The position numbers were made by a program, and so were the translations under genes. A DNA stretch of 64,000 nucleotides from Chiloscyllium plagiosum (Eukaryota): positions 68,639,223 to 68,703,222 of the forward strand of contig NC_057718.1 of NCBI RefSeq assembly GCF_004010195.1, written 5' to 3'. Below the pieces are notes generated by a model, which saw only the letters and a list, made by a program, of their open reading frames with translations, was not told where the DNA came from and ran no database searches. Positions 1 to 14,349 of the stretch are shown here, in pieces; positions within the stretch are counted from its first letter, which is position 1, and each line of letters begins with the position of its first letter.

Positions 1-137
1 GCCTGTATTTCTGATGAAGGACTTTTGCCCAAAACGTCGATTTTACTGCTTCTCGGATGCTGCCTGAACTGCTGTGCTTTTCCAGCACCACTCTAATCTA
101 GACTCTGGTTTCCAGCATCTGCAGTCATTATTTTTAC
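1..137 (+). mobile_element. Solo family A hammerhead/Penelope terminal repeat (mutated core)
   Basis: ctgatgaaggacttttgcccaaaacgtcg...ggatgctgcctgaactgctgtgcttttccagcaccact; same sequence family as 16117 and 35184. Confidence 0.8.
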
Positions 138-139
138 CA

Positions 140-380
140 CACTAACGCTCTGACCCACCCAGACCCATTCCCCTACATTTACCCTGAACACTTATGGACA
201 ATTTAGCACGTCCAATTCACCTGGCCTGACACTCTTCTGATTGTGGGAGGAAACCGGAATACCCAGAGGAAACCCACACAGACACTGGGAGAATGTGTGC
301 AAACTCCACACAGACAGTCACCCGAGGCAGGAATCGAACCCGGGGTTCCTACTGCTGTGCTAGCCACTGTGCCACCCCAT
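140..380 (-). mobile_element. HE1-type tRNA-derived V-SINE
   Basis: Reverse complement of ggttcgattcc B-box, tgtgtggagtttgcac...gggtttcctc V-SINE core and ctaaattg region. Confidence 0.85.
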
Positions 381-1829
381 GGTGGCTCAGTGAGTTTCTC
401 CACTGTAGAGTAGGGGGAAGACCTTGTTGACTTGAGTTTCTCCAGCAATTGCTGTAGTTTCAAATTTTCAGCATTATAGCATTTCTTTGTTTTATTTAAG
501 TCAGGGTTGAAGTGGCTGAGGCTAAATTCTGTGACAGACCTCACTTCTCCATCATTTTTCTTTGTGTTTCTTAATGGAGTTCTGTTTGAATACAGATTTT
601 AACTGATACTTTTGTTTCTTTAGAATTTTAGTGGCTTAATAAAATCTGCATTTCTGGTTTTGAAGCATGACTGTTGCTGCTACGTTCCATTTTATTTCTG
701 GTGGACCCATCCTGATTTGGTTAGGTATCAGAGGCCAGCCATGTGTTGATCTTTTAGACCCTACATTGTCATATGCCATTCATGATGTCAGCTTGGTGTG
801 ACTACTTCTCTGCTTATCCTTCCTGTAGGGCTTGCTACATTCTGTACATTTCTGCTTGGATCAACAGGTGCCAAGATGTGCCTCAGGATCACAATTTGTC
901 AAATTCTGTGTTTTGTGCTACTGAAAACTTTTAACGTAGGTGCAAAGTCTAAATACTTGATCAATGGTGCCTTGCAAATGTTGCAAAGATAATGTTACTA
1001 AGTATCAAAAGGTGGCTCTGTTACATTGGAGGCTAATAAACTGAAGACTGTGCCTTTTAAATTTAAGTTGAGATAAAATGCAAATGACCTAGAGGTCTAC
1101 AGTGTAAGAAAAGGCCACTTGATTCATCATGTGATCTATTTTGAAACCTGCCTGACAGCAAGCTGGAGAGGTTTGATTGGTCTAGATTAAAGACCGATAG
1201 TTTTGTTTTTGTTTGTTTGTTTGTTTTACTGGGAAGAATGTGTAAGGTATTCACCCTTTGGAGGAATTGGGAATAGCCCATATGATTAGACCATAAGTCT
1301 CCAGAGTCATAGAGATGTATACAGCATGGAAACAGACCTTTCGGTCCAACCTGTCCATGCAGACCCTGGGAAAGTGTTTAGAATGCCAAGTTGTAAACTT
1401 CGCGTTTACCTCCAAGAGGAGAGATTTGGAAAGTCCTGGCTAGCTAATCAGCATCTTTATCTGGATACAAGGCCTACGTGTTCATGTTACCATGATGATG
1501 GACTTTGAGATGGGAGGGGTACAGAGGAAGTCATTATGGTATCATCATATAGGATTTCCCAAAATATCACCGAATATCACAGGTTCTCAGAGTCTGAAAG
1601 TGAGTGAAGCTAGAGCTGGAAAGTCTATATCGTTTAATGAGCTGGACTGCAATAGAGTCCTAGTCATACAGCATAAAAACAGGCCCTTCAGCTCACTAGT
1701 CTATGCTGACCAACACTAATCCCATTTACCTGCACTTGATCCATTGTCTGCTGTGCTCTGGTGTTTTAAGTGCTTGTCAAGATTCTGCTTAAATGTTGAG
1801 AGAATACCTGCCTGCATCAGTCAATAGAT

Positions 1830-2480
1830 GTGAGGCTGGAAAAGCACAAAACGTCAGACAGCATCCGAGGAGCAGGAAAGTCAATGTTTTGTCGAGACTG
1901 GGGGGTGGGAGGTGGCAATGGTGATAGGTGATTAGTCACTGGCAAGGATGGAGTGGATAGAGGAGTCGGAAGATGGACAGAGATAAAGTCAGGTTAGGGA
2001 GGCAAGGAGGAGGGGTAGCGCTAGATATGGGATAAGGCTGGAGGTGACGGATTTTGGAGGTGGTGAAATCAATATTGAGGCCATTGATCTGTTAACTCCT
2101 CCCCAGGCAAAATATCAGACAGTGTTCCTCCAGTTTCCATCCAGCGCACTTGATAGTGGAGCAGGCCAAGGATGGACATGTTGCTGTCAGAGGTGGAATT
2201 AAAATAGATGGCAATCATAAAGTTGAGGGCGGGGGGGGGGGGCGGGGAGAGGGGAGGGAACGGTGGCTGATGAATGCAGGGTGCAGATACTCCCCGAGTC
2301 TGCGTTTGGCCTCAGATTTAGAGGAGACTACATCTGGAGCAACAGGTACAACAGATCAGGTTGGAAAGAGTGGAGGTGAAATTCTGCATCTAGAAGGATC
2401 GTTCTGGGTCTTGGACGGAGGTGAGAGGGGAAATGCGGAGGTGTAGGGACAGGTGTTACGCCTCTTGTGGTTGAAGAGAA
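1830..2480 (-). mobile_element. Decayed Penelope-like (Neptune-type) 3' fragment
   Basis: Family A repeat remnant (ctggaaaagcac...gcatccgaggagcagg) followed by purine-rich tract and sequence similar to 20660-21580. Confidence 0.65.
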
Positions 2481-2773
2481 ATCTATATTTTCCAAATATA
2501 GATACCTAAAATCTGCACGATGCTTAACCTTTTCCATAACAACTTTGAAACTTAGAGTTCTAATCAGCATTCCCAAAATGCTCACCTACTGACACTTTAA
2601 CCACTTGACTTCATTCCCTAGGATTAGGTCCAGCACTGCCCCATCTTGAATAGGACTGCCTACATACTTGTACAGAAAAATTTCCTGGATGCATTTCAAA
2701 AATTCCACTCCATCTAATCCTTTCACACTACAGCGATATCAGTTAATGTTAGCAAATTTGAAATCTCCTACTA

Positions 2774-2992
2774 CAGGTAGTTCTTCGATAATGCGATGAT
2801 TGTGTTCTTGTGAAACCCCATGTTACAGAAAAATTGCACTTTATAAACAGCGCTTAATGTGTTGGTAATGTAATCGCATTACATCCAACACATGTTTTAA
2901 TAGTATGCGCTTTTGAAACAGCATCCTCCAATTCATCAATCATGTTATAGTGAATTTGCATTAATGAAATGCACTTATAGCAGAATAACCTG
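2774..2992. mobile_element. Tc1/mariner (pogo/Tigger-like) MITE
   Basis: TA flanks both sides; imperfect TIRs caggtagttcttcgataa / ttatagcagaataacctg; 219 bp noncoding. Confidence 0.7.
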
Positions 2993-3107
2993 TACTATAA
3001 CCCTATTAAAATCTAAAGGCCTCACCCCTACATCATCCCTTTAGTAGCAGTTCATTTGACCCATCTTGCTATTCTAATAGTAGCACATGGCACTGGAAGT
3101 ATTCAGG

Positions 3108-3298
3108 AAGTTAAAAATCAAAACACCAGGTTATAGTCCAACAGGTTTAATTGCAAGCACACTAGCTTTCGGAGCGCCGCTCATTCATCAGGTGGTTGTG
3201 GAGGACACAACTGTAAGACATAGCAAATATATATTTGCTATAAATTCTATAACTTGGTGTTGTATGATTTTTAACTTTGTACACCCGAGTCCAACCAC
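3108..3298. mobile_element. Family B hammerhead-containing fold-back element (partial right arm)
   Basis: gttaaaaatca...ctagctttcggagcgccgctcattcatcaggtg plus inverted ggtgttgtatgatttttaactttgtacaccc; same family as 14297-14511. Confidence 0.8.
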
Positions 3299-3529
3299 GC
3301 TGCCACAAACTTGACTGTTACTGCTTTCTACTGAGAGGCCATCCCCCTCAACATCATCCAACATGGCATATCTGTTGAGAGGTGAATGGCCACCGGAGAC
3401 TCCTTCAATTCCTGTTTTCACCTACTCATCTTCCTTGTGGTCACCCAGTGCTTTTCTGCCTTTGAAGCCCTTACCTGTGGCGTAACCACCTCGCTAAAAA
3501 ATAATTTCCACTATGCTCCTCAGCATTAC

Positions 3530-4345
3530 GGATGCATTATGGATGTTATTTATCTGGACTTCAAGAAGACCTTTGACAAGGTGCTGCACAGGAGGCAGAT
3601 AAGGGCCCATGGTGTTAGGTCAAGGTGCTAGCATGGATAAAGCCTGGCTATCTGGCAGAAAGCAGAGAGTGGGGATAAAAGGGTCTTTCTCAACATGGCA
3701 GCCGGTGACGAGTGGTGTTCAGCAAGGCTCAGTGTTGGGACCACAACTTCTCACTTTATGAATTAACGATCTAGATGAAGGAACTAAGTTTGCAGACAAT
3801 ACGAAGATAAGTAGAGGGACAGGTAGCATTTGAAGAGGTGGAGAGGCTGGAATTGGATTTGGACAGTTTAGAAGAGTGGAGTATAACGTGAGAAAGTATG
3901 AGTCATAAACTTTGGTAGGAACAATGAAGGCATTGACTGTTTCCTGAATTTTCTCCCCATTTAGAAGTCTGAAGTGCAATGAGACTTGGGAGTTCTAGTC
4001 CAGGATTCTCTCAAGGTAAATGTGTGGGTTGAGTCATAGTTAAGAAGGCAAATGCAATGATGACATTTATTTTAAGAGTACTTGAATATAAAGCGGCATA
4101 GTGGCTCGGTGATTAGCACTGCTGCCTCACAGCGCCAGGGACCCAGATTTCATTCGTTGCCACAGAAGGCTGTGGAGGCCAGGTCATTAAGTATGTTTAA
4201 GACTGAGATAGGTAGGTTTTTAATTGTCAAGGAGATCGAGGGTCACTGGGAGAATGGGATTGAGAAACTTATCACATTTGAATGGTGGAGCAGACTTGAT
4301 GGTTTGAATAGTCTAATTTCTGCTCCTATGTCTTATGGTCTATTG
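3530..4345 (+). mobile_element. Decayed CR1 LINE RT 3' fragment
   Basis: MDVIYLDFKKTFDKVLH, QGSVLGP, KFAD motifs with frameshifts; tcctatgtcttatg tail. Confidence 0.85.
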
Positions 4346-4349
4346 TGAG

Positions 4350-4612
4350 TCCCACCCAAACCCATTCCCATACACTTATCCCTGACTCATGCACCTAATC
4401 TATACATCCCTGAATACTCTGGGTAATTTTAGCATGACCAATTCACCTAACCTGTACATCTTTGGACTGTGGGAGGAAACCAGAGCACCTGGAGGAAACA
4501 CACACAGACATGGAAAGAGTGTGCAAACTCCACATAGACAATCGCCCAAGGGTGGAATTGAACCCAAGACCCTTGTGCTTTGAGGTAACAGTTCTAACCA
4601 CTGAGCCACCAT
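4350..4612 (-). mobile_element. HE1-type V-SINE
   Basis: Same core as 140-380 and 58529-58830. Confidence 0.85.
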
Positions 4613-4619
4613 TCTGTCA

Positions 4620-6420
4620 TTTATTTCCCTACTGCATTATTCTCACTTCTGCCTGGAATAAACTCTACCTGCCATTTCTCTACCCACATCTCCAGCTCTA
4701 TATCCTGTATCTTCTGGCAATCCTCCTCCCTAAATTACATATATTACAAGCAACAGGCGTCCCAGCACTGATCCCTGCGGAACAACATTGGTTACAGATC
4801 TCCAGTCAGAAAAGCACCTTTTGCGCTATTACTCTCTATCTTCTGTGACCAAGCCATTTTGTCTCCATCTCCGCAGCTCACTGCAAATCCCATAAGACTT
4901 CACCTTTTGTATGAGCCTGTCTTGAGGGACCTTGTCAAAGACCTTGCTAAAGTCCACACAGGCAAGATCTACTGCCCTGCCCTCATGAATATCATTGCCA
5001 CTTCCTCAAACAATTAAACATTTTGAGACAACCTCCCTGCACATTTCTTAAGTCTGTATTTTTCAAAATATAAGAATCTTCTCCAATAATTTCCCACCAG
5101 TGGCATAAGGCTTATTGGCCTGTAATTTGTAGAATGTTCAAGGTTGCCCTCTTTAAACAAAGGAACTGTGTAGGTTATTCTCCAGTCTTGGGTTTCTCCT
5201 GTGACTAAAGTATGAAATCATGTATCCACAAGGCCCAGAAATTTCCTGAGGACTTGTCTACCTTAATGCCTTTTAAAACACTCACCACTCGTTTTATGTT
5301 GACATGCCCCAGAATATCAACATACTCCTCTGGAGACTCACTATCCACCATGTCCTTTTCCTTTTGTGAATACTGAAACAAAGTATTCATTCAGGCCCTC
5401 ACCAATTTCCTCCAGTTCCATGCTTAAATTCCTCCCATTGTCCTTGAATGGACCTACCCTTTCCCAAGCTATCCTCTTGCTTCTTATATATGCATAAAGC
5501 ACCTTGGGGATTTTTCAAAACCTGTTTGCCAAAGACATTTCTTGGCCTCTTTTAGCCCTCCTAATTCGTGCTATCTTGTTATATAAGGGCTTGTCTGCCT
5601 TCAGTTTCCTAAACTATACATATGTCTCCTTTTTCTTTTTGACTAAGCTCTCAATTTGGAGTCCTGATAAAAGGTTTGTGCCCAAAACGTCAATTCTCCT
5701 GCTCTACAGATGCTGCCTGACCTGCTGTGCTATTCCAGCACCATGCTCTCGACTGAGCTCGCAATTTGTCTTGACATCCAAGATTCCTGAATCTTGCTGT
5801 TGTTATCCTTCATTTTCAAAGGGATATGCTAATGCTTAACTTAAATCTACTGGCCTTTTAAAAGATTCCTACATGCTCGATGTGGATTTACCCTCGAACA
5901 GCTACCGGTTCACATTTTCCAATACCATTATGGTAGTTAGTCTTTCCTCGGTTTAGTACTTTAACCTGAGGGCTACTCTTATCTATACGTTATTTAAAGC
6001 TTACAGAATTATGGTAGCTTCCTGAAATACTACCCCACTGAAACTTCAAACCCTTAGCTGAGCTCGTTCTGTAATACCAGGCGACTTCCCTAGTTGAAGT
6101 ATTTACAAATTTGTTCACAAAACTGTTCTGGACAGTGACAAATTCTCCCTCATCCATGTCGCTGGCAGTAAGTGTATTGTAGTCAATATAGGGGAAACTA
6201 AAATCATCTACTGCAACAGATTGTTGTTTTCAGATTTTTCCATAATCTATCAAAATATCTGTTCCTCTATCACCTGATGTCTTTTGGGAGGCTAGAGTAT
6301 AATCCCATCAAAGTGATTATACTCTTCCTATTCTTGAGCTCTACTCATATAGCCTTGCTTGATGAGCTCTCCAAAATTTTCTCCCTTATCAGTTAAGCAA
6401 CTCCCCCACCTCTTTTACAT
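4620..6420 (-). mobile_element. Old CR1 LINE fragment(s)
   Basis: Minus-strand KVDKS.G, VDFSKVFDKV motifs; heavily decayed. Confidence 0.65.
5659..5750 (+). mobile_element. Solo family A repeat inserted in CR1
   Basis: Mutated hammerhead core; flanking 18-bp direct repeat gactaagctctcaatttg (5641) / gactgagctcgcaatttg (5751). Confidence 0.8.
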
Positions 6421-7639
6421 CTTTCCCTATTACACTGGAAACATCTAAAGCCCAGATTTAAACTGCCAGTCTTTCCCCCTCGTAAATATTATTCCAAGCT
6501 CAAAGTTTGCCTCCCTTACCTGTCATACTTCTCTCAATAAAACAAATACACTTCAGTCCTGCCATGTTCAGTAATCTTTCCCTGTCTGCACTTCATCTTA
6601 GTCTTACTGGCCTTAGTGTCAGACTCCTCTTTGGTCATTTTTACTTGATGCTCTTGTTCTCCACCTCCCCCCAACCACCACCGCCATTCAGGTTTAGTGT
6701 ATGTTACTCTTTTTTTAATAAAGACACTCCTTAAAACCAACTTTTTAATCACAGTAATTAGACTGTGGAGAGAGTAGCTGTAGAGATGATAAATAGTGAA
6801 AAGATGGTGGTCATCTTCCTAAATTCTATATATTCTGGAATTATCCCTGTTCATAAAATGGCATACATATCCTCGCTATTTTGAGAGAGAAGACTGGGAA
6901 GTACAGTCTGAGCAACAAACTGTACACATAAAGATGTCTTGGTTTCTGCCAAACCATCATCTTTGATTCAAAATTACCTTCATATTTTTACCTTTAGGCA
7001 TCCAAGATTTATTTAAAACAGAAGATTGCAGTTGGAGTTTTTTTTAAAAGAGTGTCTGAAACCAAGTATCCCCACCATGTTGCGAAGGTGAACCTTGCTT
7101 TCAATGGAAAAATGAAGTTGATATGTGAACTTGAGTTGTGTGTTTGCCGATGTAAGAGCAAGGTTTGACCTTGGTACTGTCACTTCCTACTAGAAGCGAG
7201 TTCAAATGTAAAGTACTGTGGGATCAAAAAGCTCAACACTTGGACAGGAAAGGTTAGATATTCTCATAAAGTTTGTGATTGAAATAGATAAGATGACATT
7301 TAAATGCAAGTGGGGCATGGTCAAAGTTGATAAATTTAAAATACATAGGGATATTTCTATAGAATAAAGTAATGGAATTTAACAAGGTATATGTGAGATT
7401 GCAAAATTTCGACTTGATGACTCCTAATTCAGTATTTGCCTTTAAATTGTTAGACTGGACAGACTGCTCATGTTAAATAGATTTAAATTTTCAAAATGCA
7501 TTTCAGGAGCAGACTTTAGATTCCTGGGAAAGTATTCATTTGCAGAAACATTCATGACTGAAATGGGACATTTGCACAAATTCAATTGTAGGGCAATGTC
7601 AATCTGTCCAGGTACAAGCCAAAAGTGCAAAATGAAAGA

Positions 7640-8990
7640 TGATTCATAATTAAAAAGAGTGAGGATAGAGATACCTCTGGTAATTTATCACAGATGCCAG
7701 GAATTGGAGAACAGTAAGAGAAGAAATTTCTCTCCATCTCTGTTCTAAATGACTCATTTGTACACTTGGAGGGCGGCACGGTGGCCCAGTGGTTAGCACT
7801 GCTGCCTCACAGCGCCTGTAGACCCGGCCAGGAATTGGAGAACAGTAAGAGAAGAAATTTCTCTCCATCTCTGTTCTAAATGACTCATTTGTACACTTAG
7901 ACTGTGACCGCTGATCTGGACTCGCCAGTTATCAGGCACGTCCTTCTTATGTGTATACCATCTAATCCTATTAGAATTCTGTAGGCTTCTATAAGATTAC
8001 AGCTCTCTCTCCTCCCCCCTCCCCATTCTTCTAAATTCCAAAAAGTATTGTCCTTACTGATCTAGTCCCTCTTCATATGTCAGTCATGTCATCCAGGAAT
8101 CCATCTGATGAACCTTTGTGTTACAGTCCCTCCATAGCCTAAACATCCTTCAGATAAGAGCAATTCTGCTCCCAATCCTCCAGGTTGTCCTTAGCAAGTC
8201 CCTGTGCAATTTTGGCAAGTAATCCCTTATCTTGTATTTGAATCCTCTTACTATGAAGCCCAACATACCATTGGTCGCCTTCACTGATCGCTTGCACCTA
8301 CATACTAACTTTCAGTGACTGCTGTACAAGGACACCCAGTTCTTAGTAGAAGTGCAATCTGTCGCCATTCAGATAATCTGCTTCAAAGTGTATCAAATTC
8401 ACATTTAGCTACATTATACTTCATCTGTCATGCATTTGTCCGTTCATTCAATTTGTTTAAATCACAGTGAAGCATCTCTTCATCCTTCTCACAGTTTACC
8501 CTCCCTCTCAGTTCTGTATTGTCTACAGACTTGGAGATCTTACATTTAGTTCTCTCAACTAAATCATTAATATATATTCTGAATAATTGAGGTTCAAGCA
8601 CTGATCTCCTTGCAGTATCCCGCTGCCAGCCATTCTGAAAAAGACACATGTATTCTGACTGTTGTCAATCTATTCTCTGTCAATGTCAGTACGCTACCCC
8701 AATCCCATGTGCTTTAGTTTTACATGCTAATCTCTTATGTGGAACATTTTTTTGAAAGCCTTCTGAAAGTCAGTTAAACCAAATCCATTGGCTGTCTTAA
8801 GAATTCTACTGGTTACATGTTCAAAATTCCAGTAGATTTCATTGGGTATGATTTCCCTTTCATAAATCCATGTTGACTCTGTCTGATCCTGTCACTGTTT
8901 TCGAGGTGGTTTGCTATTCAATCTTTTACAATTGACTATAACATTTTCCCTACTACTGATGTGAAGTTAACTGGTCTATAATTCCCTGTC
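7640..8990 (-). mobile_element. Old CR1 LINE fragment
   Basis: Minus ORF RSVLEPQLFRIYINDL...ISKSVDNTELRG is degenerate CR1 RT. Confidence 0.75.
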
Positions 8991-9774
8991 TGGGCCATAT
9001 GTCATAAAGACTTGCAGATTGTATCAACAACAATTTCTAGCTGCGTTTGCAAGTGTAATGAATTGGCTCATGCTTGTGGGATGCTGTTCGGAGAGTTGGT
9101 GCGAACTTCATGGTTTGAATGGCCTGCTTCCTCACTTTAGGGATTCTATGATATTAATAACAGGACCTTATTCTTTACAGGCCAAAAGAAGATAAATAGA
9201 CACTGCATGTGTTCCAACTTATCTCCATAGATGACAGCTATTCTCTGGTTCATTGATTATTTAAGCTATTGCCCTGAGAAGAGTCAACTTGTCTGGTTAA
9301 AAATTTACACAACTCTGGTGGTTAACTGTCGATTATCATAAATTGCATTCCATTTAATTTGTCTGCCAATTAGAGTACACTGCCAAACACTCAGCATTCT
9401 GTCTCATGCAGTACAAATGTTGTTTTCTCTTTACATTGGTATTTCTTGCAACTTTTTTGTGAATGCAAGACAAAAAGCTTCTGCAAAATATCTTTCTTTT
9501 AGCAGTACTCCAGATCTTTATTATGAAATAACATTTTCATAAGAGCATGGAATATCAGTTTTTTTGTATGAATGAATTGATGACTATTTGCTTCAAGAAA
9601 GAAGGATTAATGTGGAAGGTTGCGGGGTGGGGCGGTTGGTGGGGGTTGGAGTGGAGTGGAGTGCCGGGGGAGAAAGGATGTTGATGGATCAGATTAAGTG
9701 ATTGGAATATGAGAATGACAGAACAATGATGTGCCTAACTGCCAGAATGGAACTACAAGAGCACATAGACAGGG

Positions 9775-11120
9775 GGCTGGAAGAGTACAGCAAGCCAGGC
9801 AGCATCAGGAGGTGGAGAAGACTGATGTTTCGGGAATAACTCATCTTCAGGAATAGGGGTGGGGTCGGAATGGGACTATTTGGCGTTGCCCTTTTGGCAC
9901 CGATCATTTGGCCCTGCCATTTTGGCTCTAAACTGTTTTGGCGCTCATTACTTTGGTGCTGAGCTATTTTGGCACCAATTCAGAATAAAAAGAAGTCTTG
10001 TAGAGCCCGTAAGAAATTAGTTTTATTGCATTGTAAGAAATAAATCTAATTATTTTTTATTCATTATTTTTAACCTATTCATTACAAAAACGAATTTCTA
10101 CATTTTGCTACATTTATCAAACACCTATAGATAACCATCGTGTGAAAATTTTGGTTTGTCTCTCTTGCTTAGAATATTTTTAGACATATCTGGTATGGGC
10201 TCTACAACAAAATAGAAAGAAAATTGTATTACAGCTTTCCAATGTGAAGACAGAAGGGCTTAAGTATCATCAAGGCAGTAGATGACTATTAACAATTGTT
10301 AAATGAGAAAATGATTACAAACTGAGATCATTACAGCTTTGACTATCAATTCTTGCTAGTTGAGAAAATTACATCGGGTCGTTGGTCATCCCTTCTTTAA
10401 CCAAACAAGACTTTTTAAAATTCTGAATTGGTGCCAAGGTAATGAGCACCAAAACAGTTTAGAGCCAAAATGGCGGGGCCAAAAGGGCGGTGCCAAAAAG
10501 TACCTGATCCGTGGGGATAGGGGGAGTTGCAGATAGAGAGGGAGGGGAAGAGCTTTGGTTGGGGAGAGGAGTGAAGTGGTGAGGTAGGTATGCCCTGGTC
10601 GGTCAATAGGAGGGACAAATCTTGTTGGTAACTGGAAGGACTGGTCGGTCAGAGGGATGGAAGGGAAGAGGCAGGGCTGGAAAAGGATTTGAGGAATGGG
10701 TGGGAAGGTTAGTTGAAATTGGAGAACTCAATATTGAGTCCTGCGGGCTGTAAGCTGCCTAGCTGGAAGATGAGGTGGTGTTCCTCTAATTTGCTGTCTG
10801 ATTCACTGTGGCAATAGAGGAGACGGAGGATGGACATGTTGGAGAGAGAGTGGGAGGGGGAATTGAAATAGGCGGTGACTGGGAGGTCAGGTCAGCCCTT
10901 GCGGGCCTGGCTGAGATGCTTGTAAAACATGGCCTTAGTTTACGTTTGGTTTCACCAATGTAGAGAAGACCACAAAGGGAGCATTGGATACAGTAAACTA
11001 GGTTGGAAGAGAGGCAGATCAACCTCTGTCTCACCTGGAAGGACTGTTTAGGGCTCTGCGTGGAGGTGAGGGAGGTGGTTTGCCAGCAGGAACAGACTGG
11101 CCCACTGGGTCGGGGGTGGG
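9775..11120 (-). mobile_element. Penelope-like element (Neptune-type) 3' end with GIY-YIG endonuclease, interrupted by a fold-back transposon
   Basis: SSNLVYCIQCSLCGLLYIGETKRKL GIY-YIG motif (10786-11148 ORF); degenerate hammerhead repeat at about 9775-9853. Confidence 0.85.
9866..10511. mobile_element. Non-autonomous fold-back/MITE DNA transposon
   Basis: About 100-bp inverted arms built from ttttggc repeat units (9866-9985 vs 10418-10511) around an AT-rich core; splits the Penelope element. Confidence 0.75.
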
Positions 11121-12746
11121 GGAGAGAGAGTGACAAAGACTGTAACAAGCAAAGCTAAAAGAAAGGGAAGGAATGGGTTCACAATTTTGAGGGTGTTGAA
11201 CTCTAATATTAAAGTTTAGAAGGTTGTCAAGTGTAAACTCGGCTGCCAATTGGATATGTTGTTTAATAGGGTTTTTTAGCTGTTGGGATTTACGGCATAT
11301 TTAGCTGATATCACACTGTTGTTGAAAACTGCGTTCCCATGACAACGGCTTGACAAATCAGAATCTACCTATTTGGTCAGAGAACTGAGTCTGTCGATTA
11401 ACTGTCCATTAATTCTGTTTAAGAAGTATGTACTTTGAAAAGTTTTATTAATCAATTCTTATTTTTCTTTAGATATAACAAGTAGTTAATCAGGTGATTT
11501 AACTGGGTAGATATGAAGTTATGGCATACTGGCACTACATACAAGATTCAGGTTCAAGTCCCTTCTGCTCCAAATGTATATCATGACGTGTCTTATCAGG
11601 TTGATTTAAAAGTACCTCTACATAGACATGAAGAGGGAGCAGGTAGAAGAAACTGTAAGATTATATAGCTTGATAGGGTGTTGAAACCATCATTATTTAT
11701 TTTTCTAATTTTTGTTTGGTTTCGAACTGAACATTTGAGAATTGCAAGTTGAACTTGTTATTTAATAAAAGGGAAGAACAAAAACCAGATGATTGTGAGC
11801 TAGCTTGGAAGGAAATGCATATAAATTAATGCTCTGGCACTGAGATCTTATGCTCGAGGATTGGCAACTGGTTGGACGTTGAATTGCTCAATCAAAGGAG
11901 GACCAGTGCCGGCCAGCCAACCACTGAGAACATTGAAAAAGAAAACTAAGGGTAAACTGTCCCAGACTGGGTTTGGGGTAGGAGACAATTTTACATTAGA
12001 AACTGCCAGACTGGGAAGCTGGCTTTGGTTTTGTTTCTCTCTCTAGTTATCTCTAGATAGTGACTCGTTGAAAGTTCTGAGGAAAGAATTCTTGTCTTAA
12101 GAAATAAGTAAAAGTTTCAAGCGATCTATGGAAGCTTTGTCAGTGTGAGGAGTGGTTTCTGATCGAAAAGGATTGGGTATAGATTGTAGATATTAGTTAG
12201 ATTATCTGTATTCTGCTTAACAATACATTCTCAATATTTATTTAGGTTATAAACTTGATGTTCAAGATTAGTTATTTCTGACGTCTGGTTATAAACGCTT
12301 GAGTGATTTTGAGGGTCATTGAATATTTTATTTTCATGGTGTTGCAAATCCAGTGACAGGTGGATTTGGTTTGGTTTACTATCCCTGTGGTATAATGAAG
12401 GGTATTATGGTCTGCGGTCAGGTTCCCACCTTTGGGTGAGAAGGCCCAGGTTCATGTCCCACCTGGTCCAGAGGTATGTCATAACCTGTTCAGACACATT
12501 GATTTTAAAAACAAAAATGTATAGCATAACTGATAAACTTACACTCAAAAGTGTGCTGTTTTCTGTCTCACTGTCTGCTTGGATCCAAATTGTTATTGCT
12601 GTTGCTGTTCTATGTATAACACCAATTTGATCAAGGTACAAATAATCATCTCTGCCTTTATCTATGCCTTGTAGCTGTTTTACATCTCATAAATGATAGG
12701 TTATGACTACTTTAAATACTGAATAACTTGGGTAGCATTTAGTTAA

Positions 12747-13106
<360 letters not shown>

Positions 13107-14349
13107 TAAGAAGTAGTAGTGAGAATTCTGATGTTTTGTAACCAAGTCAGTGGATTGTTAATACCAGTGCAAAGAATGGTTAGAATTTCAATCAAGTATA
13201 ATGAATTGGCAATCCTTTTGCATTTATAAAAGACCAAAAAATACTATTACTTGATACTTGGACTGCTGGACAAGCACATAGATGGCAGTAAGTTGAGAGG
13301 TGTGTAGGTAAGGTTGATCTTAGATTAAGATAACTGTTCAGCAAAACATCATGGACCAAAGGGCCTGTACTATGCTGTACTGTTCTATGTTCTATTTGGG
13401 AACAGTGTCCCAATGAGTCATTCAATTACATGATGGTTAATCTGTAGTTTGTTTTTAAATCAACTTATGACATTCTGTGACATAACTCCAATGCAAGTGG
13501 GACTTGAACCTTGGTCTTCTGGCTCAGAGGGAAGGACATTACCATTACACCACAAGACCCCAAACCTTTTAATTTCAGTGCAGTGGAATTTGAAACCCTA
13601 AGCCTTATATTGAGTCCAGTGACTTTGCCACTGTCACCACATGCCTAATCTATTTCTCATTTCTATCTACTGGACTTGCTTTCCTACTTCTTGATATATA
13701 ATTACCTAACAATAATACCAGAATATCCTAGAAGTACTCAACACGTCAGCGAGCATTGTGGAAAGAGATAAACCGGGTTAAACTTCAAGTGATTTGGAGG
13801 GGATATATGCTTCAGAATGCAGAAATTAGAGGGTGGAAGGTGATGTTTTTGTTAATGACCTGCTGAATGGGTGGAAATAGCAGAGCGTTATGTTCTGAAT
13901 AAAATTGCAAAGATAACAGAACCATCCTGGATTTATGTAGCATGACTGTAGTGCTGGGCCACAATGGAAAAGTTGGGGAAGGGAAGGTTGGCACTCAGTA
14001 AGAGGAGCAAACTTTATCCCTACAACTAAACTAGACTTTTAAGTACTTGGAACAGTCTGGCCTTGTATAAGCCACTTGATGGACCTCAACTGGAGTGTTG
14101 TGTTCAGTGCTGGATGCCTCATTATAGGAAAGATGTGAATGCATTGGAAAGGCTGCAGTAGTGTTTTACGAGAATTGTTCTAGGGATAAAAAACTTCAGC
14201 TATGAGGATAGATTGAAGAAGTTGGGATCCTTCTCCTTAGAGACAAGAAGGCTAAGAAGAGATCTGAGAGAGGTTTTCAAAATCATGAGTGGACTTAGTT
14301 AAAAATCACACAACACCAGGTTATAGTCCAACAGGTTTAATTGGAAGCA

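Noticed and set aside
9880..9980. CRISPR-like regularly spaced short repeats
   Set aside because: Units are only about 7 bp with about 8-bp spacers, mirrored in an inverted arm; eukaryotic context, no cas genes
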